In this document: positions 34,246 through 44,948 of the stretch, piece after piece
How positions within the stretch are numbered: position 1 is the stretch's first letter
Layout: each line of letters begins with the position of its first letter
Source of the DNA: Candidatus Omnitrophota bacterium
Lineage (GTDB): Bacteria; Omnitrophota; Omnitrophia; Omnitrophales; Aquincolibacteriaceae
NCBI GenBank assembly: GCA_016196555.1
Contig: JACPXL010000002.1
Span: 17,865 to 81,864, forward strand
Direction: 5' to 3'
DNA length: 64,000 bases
Made by a program: the position numbers and the translations under genes
The notes under the pieces: generated by a model
Seen by the model: only the letters and a program-made list of their open reading frames with translations
Told to the model about the DNA's origin: nothing
Database searches by the model: none

Positions 34246-35719
34246 TGGAAAAATTCCCCTGAATTTGTAAGGCGCGAAAGAGCGCCTTGGCTTTGTTAAG
34301 TGTTTCCTGATATTCCCTGCCGGGATTAGAGTCTTTAACGATGCCGGCACCGGCTTGAAGGTAGATTTTTTTGCCGTCAATGACGAGAGTCCGAATAGTT
34401 ATGCACATGTCCATGTCCTGATTGAAACTGAAATAGCCTAAACAGCCGGCATAAGGGCCGCGGCGTTCGGTCTCTAATTCATCAATAATTTGCATCGCAC
34501 GTATTTTAGGCGCGCCCGTGACTGTGCCGGCTGGAAAAGTCGCTTTAAGAAGATCAAAACAGGTTTTACCGGATTTTAATTTTCCGGTGACATCACTCAC
34601 AAGATGCATCACGTGGGAATACCGCTCAACGCGTGCAAAATTTTTCACCCGTATGGAATCAAACTCACAGACGCGTCCGAGATCGTTACGCCCAAGATCC
34701 ACCAGCATGAGATGCTCGGCCATTTCCTTGGAAGATTTTTTTAGGCGTTCTTCAAATGCCATGTCGGCCGCAGGTGTTTTGCCTCGCGGACGGGTTCCGG
34801 CAATCGGACGAACTTCGGCCATACGGCCAGTTTTTTTCACCAATAATTCCGGCGAAGAACCAATAAGCCGGAATTTTTTTGCGCGGAAATAGAACATGTA
34901 AGGCGATGGATTGATGGAGCGAAGGGCGCGATAAATTTGAAAATCATTTTTAACTGAAGCCGTGCTGAAACGCTGGGAAAGTACGACCTGAATACAGTCC
35001 CCGGCCCGGATATAATTTTTAATGCGGTCGATTTTCTGTTCGAATTGCCGGCGTGATAAATGAGACTTAAGATTCATTGAGCGGGGTTTTTCGAACAATT
35101 TAGTTTTTAAAGGCTTTTGAATCAGCGCCAGAGCCTTATCGATTCGGCGAAGGGCTTTTGCATAAGTTTTTTTCAAATTCATGGGTTTATTTACATCGGC
35201 AAGTATCGTGATGGATAAGGATTTCCGGAAATGATCAAAAATCAAAAATTCTTGGGCAAGAAAGAAAACGGCATCGGGGATATTAGAGCCCTTTTTGGCA
35301 GAAAGGCGTACCGTTTCAAAATGCTCGACATTTTCATAGCCGAAATATCCGACAAACCCTCCGCAAAAACCAGGCAGCGCTTCGGGATTGGCTAGCTTGA
35401 ATGAGGCAAGGCGCTTGGCAAAATGGTCCAGCAGATGCTCGTCAGAACGCAGTGAATAGGTTTTACGAGCTTCTGTGACTTTGACCCGGCCGCGCTCAGC
35501 AATGAAAATGGCTTCTGGATTGACACCGATAAAAGAAAACCGGCCAATTTTTTCTTCCTGTTCGGCGGATTCTAAAAGAAAAGCATGAGGCGCGCGGTCC
35601 GCGAGTTTCAAAAAGCATGAAACCGGCGTTTCTAAATCAGCCGGAATGCTCATCGTCACCGCAACAAGATTCCCCTTTTTGGCGAGCTGGTTGAAATTTT
35701 TATAATCAGGATAAATCAT
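34226..35719 (-). CDS. trpE: Anthranilate synthase component I
   Basis: [14 protein letters not shown], and [12 protein letters not shown] motifs. Confidence 0.93.
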   Translation of the reverse strand: MIYPDYKNFNQLAKKGNLVAVTMSIPADLETPVSCFLKLADRAPHAFLLESAEQEEKIGRFSFIGVNPEAIFIAERGRVKVTEARKTYSLRSDEHLLDHFAKRLASFKLANPEALPGFCGGFVGYFGYENVEHFETVRLSAKKGSNIPDAVFFLAQEFLIFDHFRKSLSITILADVNKPMNLKKTYAKALRRIDKALALIQKPLKTKLFEKPRSMNLKSHLSRRQFEQKIDRIKNYIRAGDCIQVVLSQRFSTASVKNDFQIYRALRSINPSPYMFYFRAKKFRLIGSSPELLVKKTGRMAEVRPIAGTRPRGKTPAADMAFEERLKKSSKEMAEHLMLVDLGRNDLGRVCEFDSIRVKNFARVERYSHVMHLVSDVTGKLKSGKTCFDLLKATFPAGTVTGAPKIRAMQIIDELETERRGPYAGCLGYFSFNQDMDMCITIRTLVIDGKKIYLQAGAGIVKDSNPGREYQETLNKAKALFRALQIQGNFSNASGHR

Positions 35720-36093
35720 TTTTTGTAGACTTTGTCCGGGTCAAAAAGTTTTTCCTGCGTAATACGGCCAATATCTCCTTGCTCATTCAGTTCATGAACA
35801 AAACACGTCCGGTATCCCAAATGACATGCCCCGCCCTTCTGATGGACTTTAATGAGTACGGTATCTTGATCACAGTCGGTCAAAACTTGAATAACATCTT
35901 GGGTGTGTCCGGAAGTTTCTCCTTTGACCCAGTATTGCTGGCGCGAACGAGAATAAAAAACCGTATGTTTTTCGCGTATCGTCCGCTCCAGGGCAGTCTT
36001 GTCCATATAGGCGAGCATCAAGACTTCCCCCGAATCTGCATCTTGAATAATGGCCGCAATCAGTCCGTTGGCATCAAATTTAAATGGTGTCAT
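35716..36093 (-). CDS. hisI: Phosphoribosyl-AMP cyclohydrolase (monofunctional, no HisE domain)
   Basis: GLIAAIIQD..., [11 protein letters not shown], and the [10 protein letters not shown]...GGACH zinc site. ATGA overlap with trpE. Confidence 0.9.
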   Translation of the reverse strand: MTPFKFDANGLIAAIIQDADSGEVLMLAYMDKTALERTIREKHTVFYSRSRQQYWVKGETSGHTQDVIQVLTDCDQDTVLIKVHQKGGACHLGYRTCFVHELNEQGDIGRITQEKLFDPDKVYKK

Positions 36094-36163
36094 ATAATCC
36101 GTAGTCCTTTATTTATCGGTAGTTATAGTTATTTTTTAAGGTCTAATGCAAAGCTTGCTTCTG

Positions 36164-36191
36164 AGTATGCCATAACTGGAATGTGTGTCAA
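36164..36191 (-). promoter_or_regulatory. Candidate internal sigma70 promoter TTGACA-N16-CATACT between hisF and hisI
   Basis: On the minus strand, TTGACA is at 36191-36186 and CATACT at 36169-36164. This 119-nt spacer is the only sizeable gap in the his-trp array. Confidence 0.35.
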
Positions 36192-36212
36192 GTAGTTACA
36201 GCCTTGGCTAGA

Positions 36213-36971
36213 CTAATTTCGAACCGGAATTCCCTTGGAATGGAGATAGCTTTTAATTCGCGGGATTTCAATTTCACCAAAGTGAAAAATTGAAGCGGCA
36301 AGACAAGCATCCGCCTTTCCTTTCGTAAAAGCTTCAAAAAAATGTTCTGGTTTTCCAGCTCCTCCAGAAGCGATGACAGGAATTTTAACCGCATTAGAAA
36401 TTCGATAAGTTAATTCCACATCATAACCGTCTTTGGTGCCGTCACGGTCCATACTGGTTAAAAGAATTTCTCCGGCTCCGTAGGAGGCCCCTTCCATGGC
36501 CCATTCAACCGCATCTTTCTGCGTAGCCTTCCGGCCGCCATGAGTATAGACCTGCCAATTGCCTGACGATTCCTTTTTGGCATCAATTGCGAGAACAATG
36601 CACTGACTGCCGAAGCGACGGCTTCCCTGCCGAATGAGATCGGGATTTTCAATCGCGCTGGTGTTAATGGAAATTTTGTCGCATCCGGCTTTGAGCAAAT
36701 CACGCATATCTTGAACCGAACGAATTCCGCCGCCTACCGTAAAAGGGATATAAATGGATTCTGCCACTTTCTCCACGACTTGAATCAGGATCGGACGTTT
36801 TTCGTGAGATGCGGTGATATCTAAAAATACGAGCTCATCGGCTTGTGCTTGATCATAAGCTTTGGCACATTCAACAGGATCACCAGCGTCCACCAGGTTG
36901 AGAAACTTGACTCCCTTGACGACGCGTCCGTCTTGAACGTCCAGACATGGAATAATTCTTTTGGTCAACAT
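36213..36971 (-). CDS. hisF: Imidazole glycerol phosphate synthase, cyclase subunit
   Basis: [20 protein letters not shown], and [15 protein letters not shown]. Confidence 0.95.
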   Translation of the reverse strand: MLTKRIIPCLDVQDGRVVKGVKFLNLVDAGDPVECAKAYDQAQADELVFLDITASHEKRPILIQVVEKVAESIYIPFTVGGGIRSVQDMRDLLKAGCDKISINTSAIENPDLIRQGSRRFGSQCIVLAIDAKKESSGNWQVYTHGGRKATQKDAVEWAMEGASYGAGEILLTSMDRDGTKDGYDVELTYRISNAVKIPVIASGGAGKPEHFFEAFTKGKADACLAASIFHFGEIEIPRIKSYLHSKGIPVRN

Positions 36972-36980
36972 GGAAGAAAA

Positions 36981-37394
36981 TTAAAAAATCTTTTCGCTTT
37001 GTGTTTTAGCCGTTTGGCGGAGAACTTCAATCGTAGCGATTCCAAAAGCCTGCAGATGGCAGAAGATGGAAAGTAAAAAGCTGACGAGCGCGCCTAAAAT
37101 TGCGGCAATATCTTTAATCGTAATCGGGGCGAAAGCTTCGCGATACCAAAGAACAATGGAAATAAATAGTGGCAGTAAAAAAAACAGCCAGCCCAACAGA
37201 GAATGCTGAAGGTAAGCCCCTTTGATTTTATGCCAAAGCGGTTTGTCTAATTCTCTAGCCCGGCGCACCAATGGTTTCATGAACCAACTTCGTATCGTGT
37301 AAGCTCCGACGACATACACCAGGCCTATCAACGCCCAGGACCAGCTGCGTTCATTTAAAATAGCGCGAAGGTACATTTGGGCCATATCGAGCAT
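36981..37394 (-). CDS. Hypothetical integral membrane protein (about 4 TM helices) inserted between hisA and hisF
   Basis: Four hydrophobic segments, tightly packed between his genes (3-nt and 9-nt spacers). I recognise no family. Confidence 0.5.
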   Translation of the reverse strand: MLDMAQMYLRAILNERSWSWALIGLVYVVGAYTIRSWFMKPLVRRARELDKPLWHKIKGAYLQHSLLGWLFFLLPLFISIVLWYREAFAPITIKDIAAILGALVSFLLSIFCHLQAFGIATIEVLRQTAKTQSEKIF

Positions 37395-37397
37395 AAA

Positions 37398-38132
37398 TTA
37401 AACCTTTCTTTGCCGGTCAATCACTTGGAAAACTTCCCGGAGTGAAAACTTTTTGTCGTAAAGAGCTTTACCAATGATGACTCCCTCAAAATTCTTTTGG
37501 GTTATTTCCTTGCACTGTTCGATGTCCGACAAACTGCCCACCCCCCCGGATAAAATGACCTGCGCTGATGTTTGCTCCAAAATCTTGGTCAGTCCTTTAA
37601 AGTCAGGCCCGGCCAACATGCCGTCCTTTTTAATGTTCGTATAAATCAATGTTTTGATCGGCAGGTTTTTCATGAGTGTTAGCATTTGGTCGATCGTTTT
37701 CCCGCTGGTATTTAGCCAACCTTGGGTTTGAACAATGTTGTCGCGCACATCAAGGCCGATTGCAATTTGATGGCCGTATTGGGCAAAAATTTTCTCTAAA
37801 AAGTTCTCGTCCAATGCTTTGGTGCCGATGACGGCCCGGTCAATGCCGTGTGCAAGGACCTGCTGAATGTCTTTCAAAGATCTTAAGCCGCCGCCCAATT
37901 GCAAATGGCAGCGTACGGCTTTACGAATCGCAAGCACAACGTCGAGGTTTTTAAGAACGCCGTCTTTGGCGCCCTCAAGATCCACAATGTGCAGCCATTC
38001 GGCTCCTTGCTCTTCCCATTCACGGGCTATGGATATTGGATCGGCGGAATAGACGGTTTCTTGATCGAATTGTCCCCGCGTCAGCCGGACAACCTTTCCC
38101 TTATAAAGATCGATTGCGGGATAGATCTTCAT
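37398..38132 (-). CDS. hisA: ProFAR isomerase (1-(5-phosphoribosyl)-5-[(5-phosphoribosylamino)methylideneamino]imidazole-4-carboxamide isomerase)
   Basis: MKIYPAIDLYKGKVVRL, VDLEGA, and GGGLRS motifs. Start at ATG 38132, 4 nt after the hisH stop. The track extension is rejected. Confidence 0.92.
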   Translation of the reverse strand: MKIYPAIDLYKGKVVRLTRGQFDQETVYSADPISIAREWEEQGAEWLHIVDLEGAKDGVLKNLDVVLAIRKAVRCHLQLGGGLRSLKDIQQVLAHGIDRAVIGTKALDENFLEKIFAQYGHQIAIGLDVRDNIVQTQGWLNTSGKTIDQMLTLMKNLPIKTLIYTNIKKDGMLAGPDFKGLTKILEQTSAQVILSGGVGSLSDIEQCKEITQKNFEGVIIGKALYDKKFSLREVFQVIDRQRKV

Positions 38133-38136
38133 ATCT

Positions 38137-38742
38137 TTACCATTTGATGAAATTTTTGAGAATGGCCAATCCGGCCTTCTGGCTTTTTTCCGGATGGAAC
38201 TGGGTAGCAAAACTAGTTTCCGTTCCCGCCATGGCTGGGAAAGTCTCCTCGCCATACGTGGTTTCTCCCATCACAATTTTTCGATTGGAAGGAACGGCGT
38301 AATAGGAATGCACAAAATAAAAAAAACTTTGGTCCGGAATGCCTTCCAATAAGGGATGGCGCGCTGTCAATCGCACTTGATTCCATCCCATATGAGGGAT
38401 TTTAATTTGCTGAGATTTGAAGCGTTCCACAGATCCGTGAAAGAAACCAAGGCCCGAACTTCCGATTGCTTCTTCGCTTCGCTCAAACAAAAGCTGCAAG
38501 CCTAGGCAAATTCCGAGAAATGGACGTGTGGAGGATAAAAATTCGCGGAGGGGATCAAAAAGATTTAGCCGGCGCAACTCTTCAATCGCATCACCGAAAG
38601 CTCCAACTCCGGGCAAAACTAATTTGTCAGCGCCTTGGATGTCCTGAGGCGAAGATGTAATTTTGATTTTGCCGCCCAAGTTTTCCAGTGCTTTGGAAAC
38701 ACTGCGCAAATTACCCATTCCATAATCCACAATCACGATCAT
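38137..38742 (-). CDS. hisH: Imidazole glycerol phosphate synthase, glutamine amidotransferase subunit
   Basis: IVIVDYGMGNL, GICLGLQ (catalytic Cys), and FHPEKS. Confidence 0.95.
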   Translation of the reverse strand: MIVIVDYGMGNLRSVSKALENLGGKIKITSSPQDIQGADKLVLPGVGAFGDAIEELRRLNLFDPLREFLSSTRPFLGICLGLQLLFERSEEAIGSSGLGFFHGSVERFKSQQIKIPHMGWNQVRLTARHPLLEGIPDQSFFYFVHSYYAVPSNRKIVMGETTYGEETFPAMAGTETSFATQFHPEKSQKAGLAILKNFIKW

Positions 38743-38744
38743 GG

Positions 38745-39344
38745 TTATAAGCTGCCCTTGGTGGACGGAACTCCTCGAACGCGCGAATCAATCTGGGTCG
38801 CCATATCAAGTGCGCGGGCTGTGGCTTTAAAAGCGCCTTCGATGATGTGATGGGAATCATGCCCGGCCAAAACTTCGACGTGCATGTTGATTCCGGCGTG
38901 CTGGCAAAAGGCTTTCATAAATTCCATGGCGTCATGAAAAGAATAATTTTCAAGGCGCGAAAATTTCACACCCTTGGCTTTTGCAATATGAAGCGAAGGT
39001 CTTCCGGAAATATCCAAAGTGACGCGGATGAGGACTTCATCCATGGGAATACTGGCAAATCCGTACCGGCGTATTCCTTTTTTATCGCCGAGGGCTTTGG
39101 TCAGAACCTGGCCAAGCACAATCCCTATGTCTTCATTGGTGTGATGAATATCGACGTGTAAATCTCCCTTAGCCTTGATGCTCAGGTCAAACAAGCCGTG
39201 TTTACCAAGCAAAGTCAGCATGTGATCTAAAAAAGGCATGCCGGTGCTGATCTTGGCCGATCCTGACCCGTCTAAAAGAAGACGAATGGCAATATCGGTT
39301 TCTGTTGTTTTGCGGTGAATTTCAGCTTGGCGAACTTTTCCCAT
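38745..39344 (-). CDS. hisB: Imidazoleglycerol-phosphate dehydratase (monofunctional)
   Basis: RKTTETDI, the DIHHTNEDIGI motif, and HHIIEGAFKA. Confidence 0.95.
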   Translation of the reverse strand: MGKVRQAEIHRKTTETDIAIRLLLDGSGSAKISTGMPFLDHMLTLLGKHGLFDLSIKAKGDLHVDIHHTNEDIGIVLGQVLTKALGDKKGIRRYGFASIPMDEVLIRVTLDISGRPSLHIAKAKGVKFSRLENYSFHDAMEFMKAFCQHAGINMHVEVLAGHDSHHIIEGAFKATARALDMATQIDSRVRGVPSTKGSL

Positions 39345-39346
39345 GA

Positions 39347-40618
39347 TTATTCCTCAGCGGCTACGGTTTCAGGTTTTATTTCGTGTTTTTTATCGACAAA
39401 TCTTGCTTCTAGAGCAATGCGGTGTAAAACAAGCCCTTCCATCTCAGTTAATTTTTGCACGTGCTCACGCGTTTTTTGAAGCCCTTCCTTGGTGTAAGAA
39501 ATGATTTGAGAGCTTTTGATAAAGGTGGATGCGCTAAGCGGTGAAAAATAGCGAGCGGTTCCGCCTGTCGGAAGAACGTGGCTGGGTCCGGCAACATAAT
39601 CGCCCACCACTGCGGGCGAATAGGGCCCCAAAAATATAGCGCCGGCGTGTTTAATATGCTTAAGCGTTTTTTCCGGCTCTTCCGTCATGATTTCTAAATG
39701 TTCAGGAGCAATTTCATTGGCTGCTTCACAAGCTTCCTGTATGGATTTGACTTGAATAATAAATCCGTGGTCGACGCGTTTGCGGATGGCATCGATTAAT
39801 TTTTTTGAGTGAGTAATCAGATAAGCAATTCCGCCGAAATGTTCGGCCTGAGCTAAGAGGTCGCAAGTCACATAATCAGGATTGGCAGAGGCATCTGCGA
39901 TAATTGCCACCTCGCTTGGACCGGCCACCATGTCAATATCGACAAAGCCGTAAACTTGCCGTTTTGCTTCGGTGACGTACGGATTGCCAGGACCGACAAT
40001 TTTATCCACTTTTCGTATGGTCCGAGTGCCGAAGGCCATGGCGCCAATGGCTTGCGCGCCGCCGACGCGATAAATTTCATTCACTCCGAGCAGATTGGCC
40101 ACAATGAGAATATGAGGATCGATTTCGCCTGTATCACGATTGGGAGGAGTGCAAATCACAATTTCTTTGACCCCCGCGACTTTTGCCGGAATGACGCTCA
40201 TATAGACAGTCGATACAAGCGGAGCGGTCCCTCCGGGGATGTAAACGCCGACTCTTTCCAAGGGCTGATATTTTTTGGCTAGATAAATTCCATCGGCATT
40301 ACGAACTTCAAAAGATTGTTTAAGTTCTTTCTCGTAATATTCACGGACATTGTCTGTGATCATGCGCAGGAGCGGGACAAAAGAAACCTTAATCTTTTCA
40401 AATGCCCGGTTGATATCGCCTTCAGAAACGGCGATACGTTTTAGCGGAAGATCGAGGCCGTCAAATTCGCGAGTAAAGCGGCGAATGGCGACATCTCCGC
40501 GCTGCCTGACTTCCGCCAGGATGCGGTTCACTTTTTTAAAAATGTTCTTATCAAAAACGTGATTGTAATCGCGGCTGACTTTTTTCTGTGTTTGTTTGTC
40601 CCAATTTAAAACTTGCAT
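39347..40618 (-). CDS. hisD: Histidinol dehydrogenase
   Basis: Conserved core GVYIPGGTAPLVSTVYM, LAQAEH, and APEHLEI. Confidence 0.95.
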   Translation of the reverse strand: MQVLNWDKQTQKKVSRDYNHVFDKNIFKKVNRILAEVRQRGDVAIRRFTREFDGLDLPLKRIAVSEGDINRAFEKIKVSFVPLLRMITDNVREYYEKELKQSFEVRNADGIYLAKKYQPLERVGVYIPGGTAPLVSTVYMSVIPAKVAGVKEIVICTPPNRDTGEIDPHILIVANLLGVNEIYRVGGAQAIGAMAFGTRTIRKVDKIVGPGNPYVTEAKRQVYGFVDIDMVAGPSEVAIIADASANPDYVTCDLLAQAEHFGGIAYLITHSKKLIDAIRKRVDHGFIIQVKSIQEACEAANEIAPEHLEIMTEEPEKTLKHIKHAGAIFLGPYSPAVVGDYVAGPSHVLPTGGTARYFSPLSASTFIKSSQIISYTKEGLQKTREHVQKLTEMEGLVLHRIALEARFVDKKHEIKPETVAAEE

Positions 40619-40678
40619 GGTTTACCTTACTCTTGTCATTCTGAGGCCGAGGCCGAAGAATCTCGCTAGATCCTTCAC

Positions 40679-43306
40679 TCAGCGAAGCAGTCCTTCAGGA
40701 TGACGTTGAATATAATCAGTTATTTTTTTTTCAATAGCTTCCCGTTTTTGGCTCAGCTGTCCTTTATTTGGAGCTCCCCCTTGCGCTAAATCAGGGCGGC
40801 CTCCGCAGCTTCCTTCTAAAAGGGAGCCGATTGCTTCACCCAACTCCACCATATTCGCTGAAGATTTTTTTAAATCCGGGCTGACCCCCAAGACAAATTG
40901 CAGTTTGTCTCCCTTTTCAGCCCCTAAAAAATAGACAGTTTTGGATGTGCGCGATCTTATTTCATCGGACAAACGGCGCAATTCATTAATTTCAAGGGCA
41001 TTATCGGTCACGATCAGCATTTGAACCGGCCCTACACTTTTGGCTTGCAGCAGAATTTTTGCGGCATCGACAGTCTGAAGCGGTGCTGAATCTTTTCCTT
41101 TTTCCAGCTTTTTTAAATTTTCCTGAAGTTTATTGATGCGTTCAACCAATTGGTCCGGAGTCGTTTTTAAACTTTGTGCCGCTTGTTGAATTTGGTTACG
41201 CAGTGTCCGCGTATATTGCAAAGCGCCTTCGCCGGTTAAAGCTTCGATTCGGCGCGTACCGCTTCCGATGGAAGAATCACTGGTAATGACAAAAGAGCCG
41301 ATTTGGCCTGTGCGCTCACAATGGGTCCCCCCGCAGAATTCCTTACTGAATCCAGGGATGGTAACTACACGGACCCGGCTTCCATATTTTTCTCCGAAGA
41401 AAGCAAGCGCACCGTCTTTTTTGGCTTCTTCCGTCGATTTCTCCTCTTTTGTGAGTGCTGCATCTTTTAAAATTTCACTGTTCACGCTGTCTTCAATTTC
41501 TTTGAGCTGATCCGCCGTCAAAGTTTGAGAATAGGAATAATCAAAACGCAGCCGGTCGGGAGCAACCAAAGATCCTAATTGGCGCACCTGGGATCCTAAA
41601 ATATTTCGCAATGCGGCATGAAGCAAATGCGTGGCCGTGTGATTACGCATAATCCGTGCGCGGCGAGACGAATCGACGACGCACTCCAACGCATCGCCTA
41701 CCTTAACACTGCCAGAAATGATTTCGACATGATGAATGAAATGGACGTCTTTTTTCTGCACATCCAAAACTTTGGCCTCAAATTTTTTGCCTTTAACTGT
41801 TCCTTGATCGCCCACCTGGCCGCCGCTTTCAGCGTAAAAGGGGCTTTGATCTAAAATCAAAACGCCCTTTTGATCCTTAATTTCCGCCAGAAGCACTTTA
41901 CCCGGACCTTGAAGGCTTTGATAACCTAGAAATGCTGTCGGAGGAAGTCCCGAAAGTTTTTTCTCCAAATCGGTTGTCACAAAAATATCGCCCGATATTT
42001 GCGTTGCCGCTTTAGCGCGTTTGCGCTGCTCTTCCATAAGTTTGTCGAATCCAGGCTGATCGATTTCAAGGCCCTTTTCTTGCGCAATCATTTTAGTCAA
42101 TTCTTCGGGAAAACCGTAGGTATCATAAAGTTCGAATACAATTTGAGCAGGAAGTGTTTTTGATTTTAACGTATTAAGTTTCGTCGCTAAAAGTTTCCAA
42201 CCCGTTTCGAAAGTAGCCAGAAACCGCTCTTCTTCTCCCTTGACCGTAGCTGAAATACTGCTGCTCGCTTCCTGAATTTCAGGATAGGGCTTTGACATAA
42301 CGGATGCGATGGCAGGAACAACTGCGTAAAGAAACGGATCGAGTTCTTGCATGGGCTTTATCTGATGTGCGTGCCATAACGCCCGGCGAATGAGTTTACG
42401 GAGGACATAACCACGGCCTTCATTTGAAGGAATGACACCATCGGTCATAGAAAAAACTACGGCACGGATATGGTCACCGATGGCATATAAATGCATTCGA
42501 TTAGGGCCAAGAACTTTACCGCCAATTCCTAATAAGAGATCTTCAATCTTTTGATTAATTGGTTGAAAAATATCGATTTCGTAATTGGTTTGTTTGCCTT
42601 GGAGGACACAAGCAAGGCGTTCTAAGCCCATTCCGGTGTCGATATTTTTTTGAGCAAGAGGAACCAGCTTGCCCCCTTCTTGGCGGTCAAATTGAGTAAA
42701 GACCAGGTTCCAGATTTCAGCGAATCGTTTGTCTTCGATCGTTCCCCCCTCGCCTTGTGAAGGATCCTGGTCGAAATAAATCTCAGAACAAGGTCCGCAC
42801 GGGCCGTTGGGACCGTTTTTGGGCGCATTGGAAGGCCAAAAATTATCTTTGTCGCCAAGTTTATAAATCCAATCTTTGCGGACAATTTTAGTCCACAACT
42901 CGAACGCTTCGTTGTCGTCGCGGTGTACGCTGACGCGCAGTCTTTCTTTTGGGATTTTTAAAATTCCCGTCAAAAATTCCCAGGCCCATTCAATGGCTTC
43001 TTTTTTGAAATAATCGCCAAAGGAAAAATTACCCAGCATTTCAAAAAAGGAATGATGAAACGGCGTGCGGCCGACTTCTTCCAAATCGCCCGTACGCAGG
43101 CATTTTTGGGAACTGGTAGCGCGCTTCAAATCTTTTTTGAGTCCAAGGAAATAATCTTTGAATTGATTCATGCCGGCGCCGGTAAAAAGCAAAGTCGGAT
43201 CATTTTGCGGGACAAGGGAATCGCTGGGAACAACGGCATGCGCCTTGTCCTTAAAGAATTTCAAATAGAGTTCTCTAATTTCGTCGGTACTAAGACGGGT
43301 CTTCAT
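40679..43306 (-). CDS. alaS: Alanine--tRNA ligase
   Basis: 875 aa. FTGAGMNQFK, the editing-domain HTATHLLH zinc motif, and a C-terminal DHHA1-like part. Confidence 0.97.
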   Translation of the reverse strand: MKTRLSTDEIRELYLKFFKDKAHAVVPSDSLVPQNDPTLLFTGAGMNQFKDYFLGLKKDLKRATSSQKCLRTGDLEEVGRTPFHHSFFEMLGNFSFGDYFKKEAIEWAWEFLTGILKIPKERLRVSVHRDDNEAFELWTKIVRKDWIYKLGDKDNFWPSNAPKNGPNGPCGPCSEIYFDQDPSQGEGGTIEDKRFAEIWNLVFTQFDRQEGGKLVPLAQKNIDTGMGLERLACVLQGKQTNYEIDIFQPINQKIEDLLLGIGGKVLGPNRMHLYAIGDHIRAVVFSMTDGVIPSNEGRGYVLRKLIRRALWHAHQIKPMQELDPFLYAVVPAIASVMSKPYPEIQEASSSISATVKGEEERFLATFETGWKLLATKLNTLKSKTLPAQIVFELYDTYGFPEELTKMIAQEKGLEIDQPGFDKLMEEQRKRAKAATQISGDIFVTTDLEKKLSGLPPTAFLGYQSLQGPGKVLLAEIKDQKGVLILDQSPFYAESGGQVGDQGTVKGKKFEAKVLDVQKKDVHFIHHVEIISGSVKVGDALECVVDSSRRARIMRNHTATHLLHAALRNILGSQVRQLGSLVAPDRLRFDYSYSQTLTADQLKEIEDSVNSEILKDAALTKEEKSTEEAKKDGALAFFGEKYGSRVRVVTIPGFSKEFCGGTHCERTGQIGSFVITSDSSIGSGTRRIEALTGEGALQYTRTLRNQIQQAAQSLKTTPDQLVERINKLQENLKKLEKGKDSAPLQTVDAAKILLQAKSVGPVQMLIVTDNALEINELRRLSDEIRSRTSKTVYFLGAEKGDKLQFVLGVSPDLKKSSANMVELGEAIGSLLEGSCGGRPDLAQGGAPNKGQLSQKREAIEKKITDYIQRHPEGLLR

Positions 43307-43778
43307 CCAGAGTATCCTTCGCTATTCCCTGTATTGCCTCGCGCACGATTTGATATTCAAACCCGCGGCGCATCAAAAAATCCATCACGCGCTTTTTGCG
43401 CTTGTCATCCGTGAGCTTAGCCAGCCGGTTCCAGCGATCACGGGCGATTGAAACAGCCTGTTCCCTTTCTTCTTCCTGACTGTAACCCGCCAAAACTTCA
43501 TCCTGAATCTTTTTGGCAATTCCGCGGCGCTTGAATTCAAAGGCAATTTTGCGGCGTCCTGATGGCGATGAGCCCCGGTATCGCGCCATAAGATTCAAGG
43601 CATAAGCGCGATCACTCAAAAAACCTTTGTCTTCCAACTCCTGAAGCGTTTCAGCAATCAAAGATTCAGAAAACCCTTTAGCTTGCAGCTTCCGTTTTAA
43701 TTCCTGACTTGTCTTGGGACTTGCGGCAAGCAGTCGCAAGGAAATCAGAAGCGCCTGTTTTTTCTGGGGTTGTTCCAT
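43290..43778 (-). CDS. recX: Recombination regulator RecX
   Basis: Three-repeat helical protein (SQELKRKLQAKGF..., LEDKGFLSDRAYA) immediately downstream of recA. Confidence 0.85.
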   Translation of the reverse strand: MEQPQKKQALLISLRLLAASPKTSQELKRKLQAKGFSESLIAETLQELEDKGFLSDRAYALNLMARYRGSSPSGRRKIAFEFKRRGIAKKIQDEVLAGYSQEEEREQAVSIARDRWNRLAKLTDDKRKKRVMDFLMRRGFEYQIVREAIQGIAKDTLDEDPS

Positions 43779-43812
43779 GAAATGACAGTGCGTCGATTAA
43801 ACTTTTAGACCT

Positions 43813-44889
43813 TTAATGGGTGCTTGCGAGCTGTGCTTCGGCGGCGAGCATTTTTTCCCGGACTTTGGCTTCGATTTCTGCCAGCAGCTTTGGGTTTTCC
43901 TTCAGGAAGAGACGAGCCGAATCGCGCCCTTGACCAATTTTTTCATCGTTGTAGATGATCCAGGAACCGGATTTTTCCACGACTTGATGATTCGTGGCCA
44001 AATCGATAATGCTGGAGGACCGAGAAATTCCCTCGTCGAAAAGGATATCAAATTCAGCCTGTTTGAAGGGAGCGGCGACTTTGTTTTTAACCACTTTGAC
44101 GCGGACGTGATTTCCGATGACTTCTTCCCCTTTTTTTAGGCTGGCCACGCGGCGAATATCCAAGCGCATGGACGCATAAAATTTGAGGGCTTTTCCTCCG
44201 GGTGTTGTTTCAGGATTTCCAAACATAATCCCGATTTTTTCCCGGATTTGATTAATGAAAATCAAGCAGGTTTTTGAACGGCTGATAATGCCCGTGAGTT
44301 TTCTCAAAGCTTGGGACATCAGGCGGGCCTGCAATCCCATGTGAGAATCACCCATCTCGCCTTCGATTTCGGCCCTAGGGACGAGCGCAGCGACGGAATC
44401 GATCACGATTAAATCGACCGCATTGGACCGGACCAGCATTTCGGCAATCTGAAGGGCTTGTTCCCCGGAATCAGGCTGTGAAATCAATAGATCGTCCAGT
44501 TTAACGCCGATTTTTTGGGCGTAGGTGGGATCGAGTGCGTGTTCTGCGTCAATGAACGCTGCCACGCCGCCTTGTTCCTGAACACGCGCAACAATGCTGA
44601 GTGTGAGGGTTGTTTTTCCGCTTGATTCAGGGCCGAAGATTTCGACGACACGTCCGCGTGGTACGCCGCCGACTCCTGTCGCCATATCCAGGCTCAAAGC
44701 TCCCGTGCTGATAGCGCTGATATTGTCACGAAAATCGTGACCCATTTTCATGATTGACCCTTTGCCAAACTGCTTTTCGATTTGAAGCAGAGCAAGTTCT
44801 AAGGCTTTCTGTTTTTCGCCCGAATTTTTTTTAGCGGTTTCTGCGGATTCTGCTGTTTTAGTTTTTTGCGTTATTTTCTTTTCAGTCAT
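43813..44889 (-). CDS. recA: Recombinase RecA
   Basis: Walker [19 protein letters not shown], and [10 protein letters not shown]. Confidence 0.98.
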   Translation of the reverse strand: MTEKKITQKTKTAESAETAKKNSGEKQKALELALLQIEKQFGKGSIMKMGHDFRDNISAISTGALSLDMATGVGGVPRGRVVEIFGPESSGKTTLTLSIVARVQEQGGVAAFIDAEHALDPTYAQKIGVKLDDLLISQPDSGEQALQIAEMLVRSNAVDLIVIDSVAALVPRAEIEGEMGDSHMGLQARLMSQALRKLTGIISRSKTCLIFINQIREKIGIMFGNPETTPGGKALKFYASMRLDIRRVASLKKGEEVIGNHVRVKVVKNKVAAPFKQAEFDILFDEGISRSSSIIDLATNHQVVEKSGSWIIYNDEKIGQGRDSARLFLKENPKLLAEIEAKVREKMLAAEAQLASTH

Positions 44890-44948
44890 GACGCTCTCCT
44901 CGATATTTTTTTAGGCTCAGGGCCGGATAAATGATTGCAAGTTGAGGT

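Noticed and set aside
40619-40678. An imperfect hairpin ATTCT-ga-GGC-cgag-GCC-ga-AGAAT (40638-40662) between alaS and hisD, considered as a terminator or attenuator.
   Set aside because: It has an internal 2x2 mismatch and no downstream U-tract on the transcribed strand. The spacer is too short for a leader peptide, so I cannot support a function.
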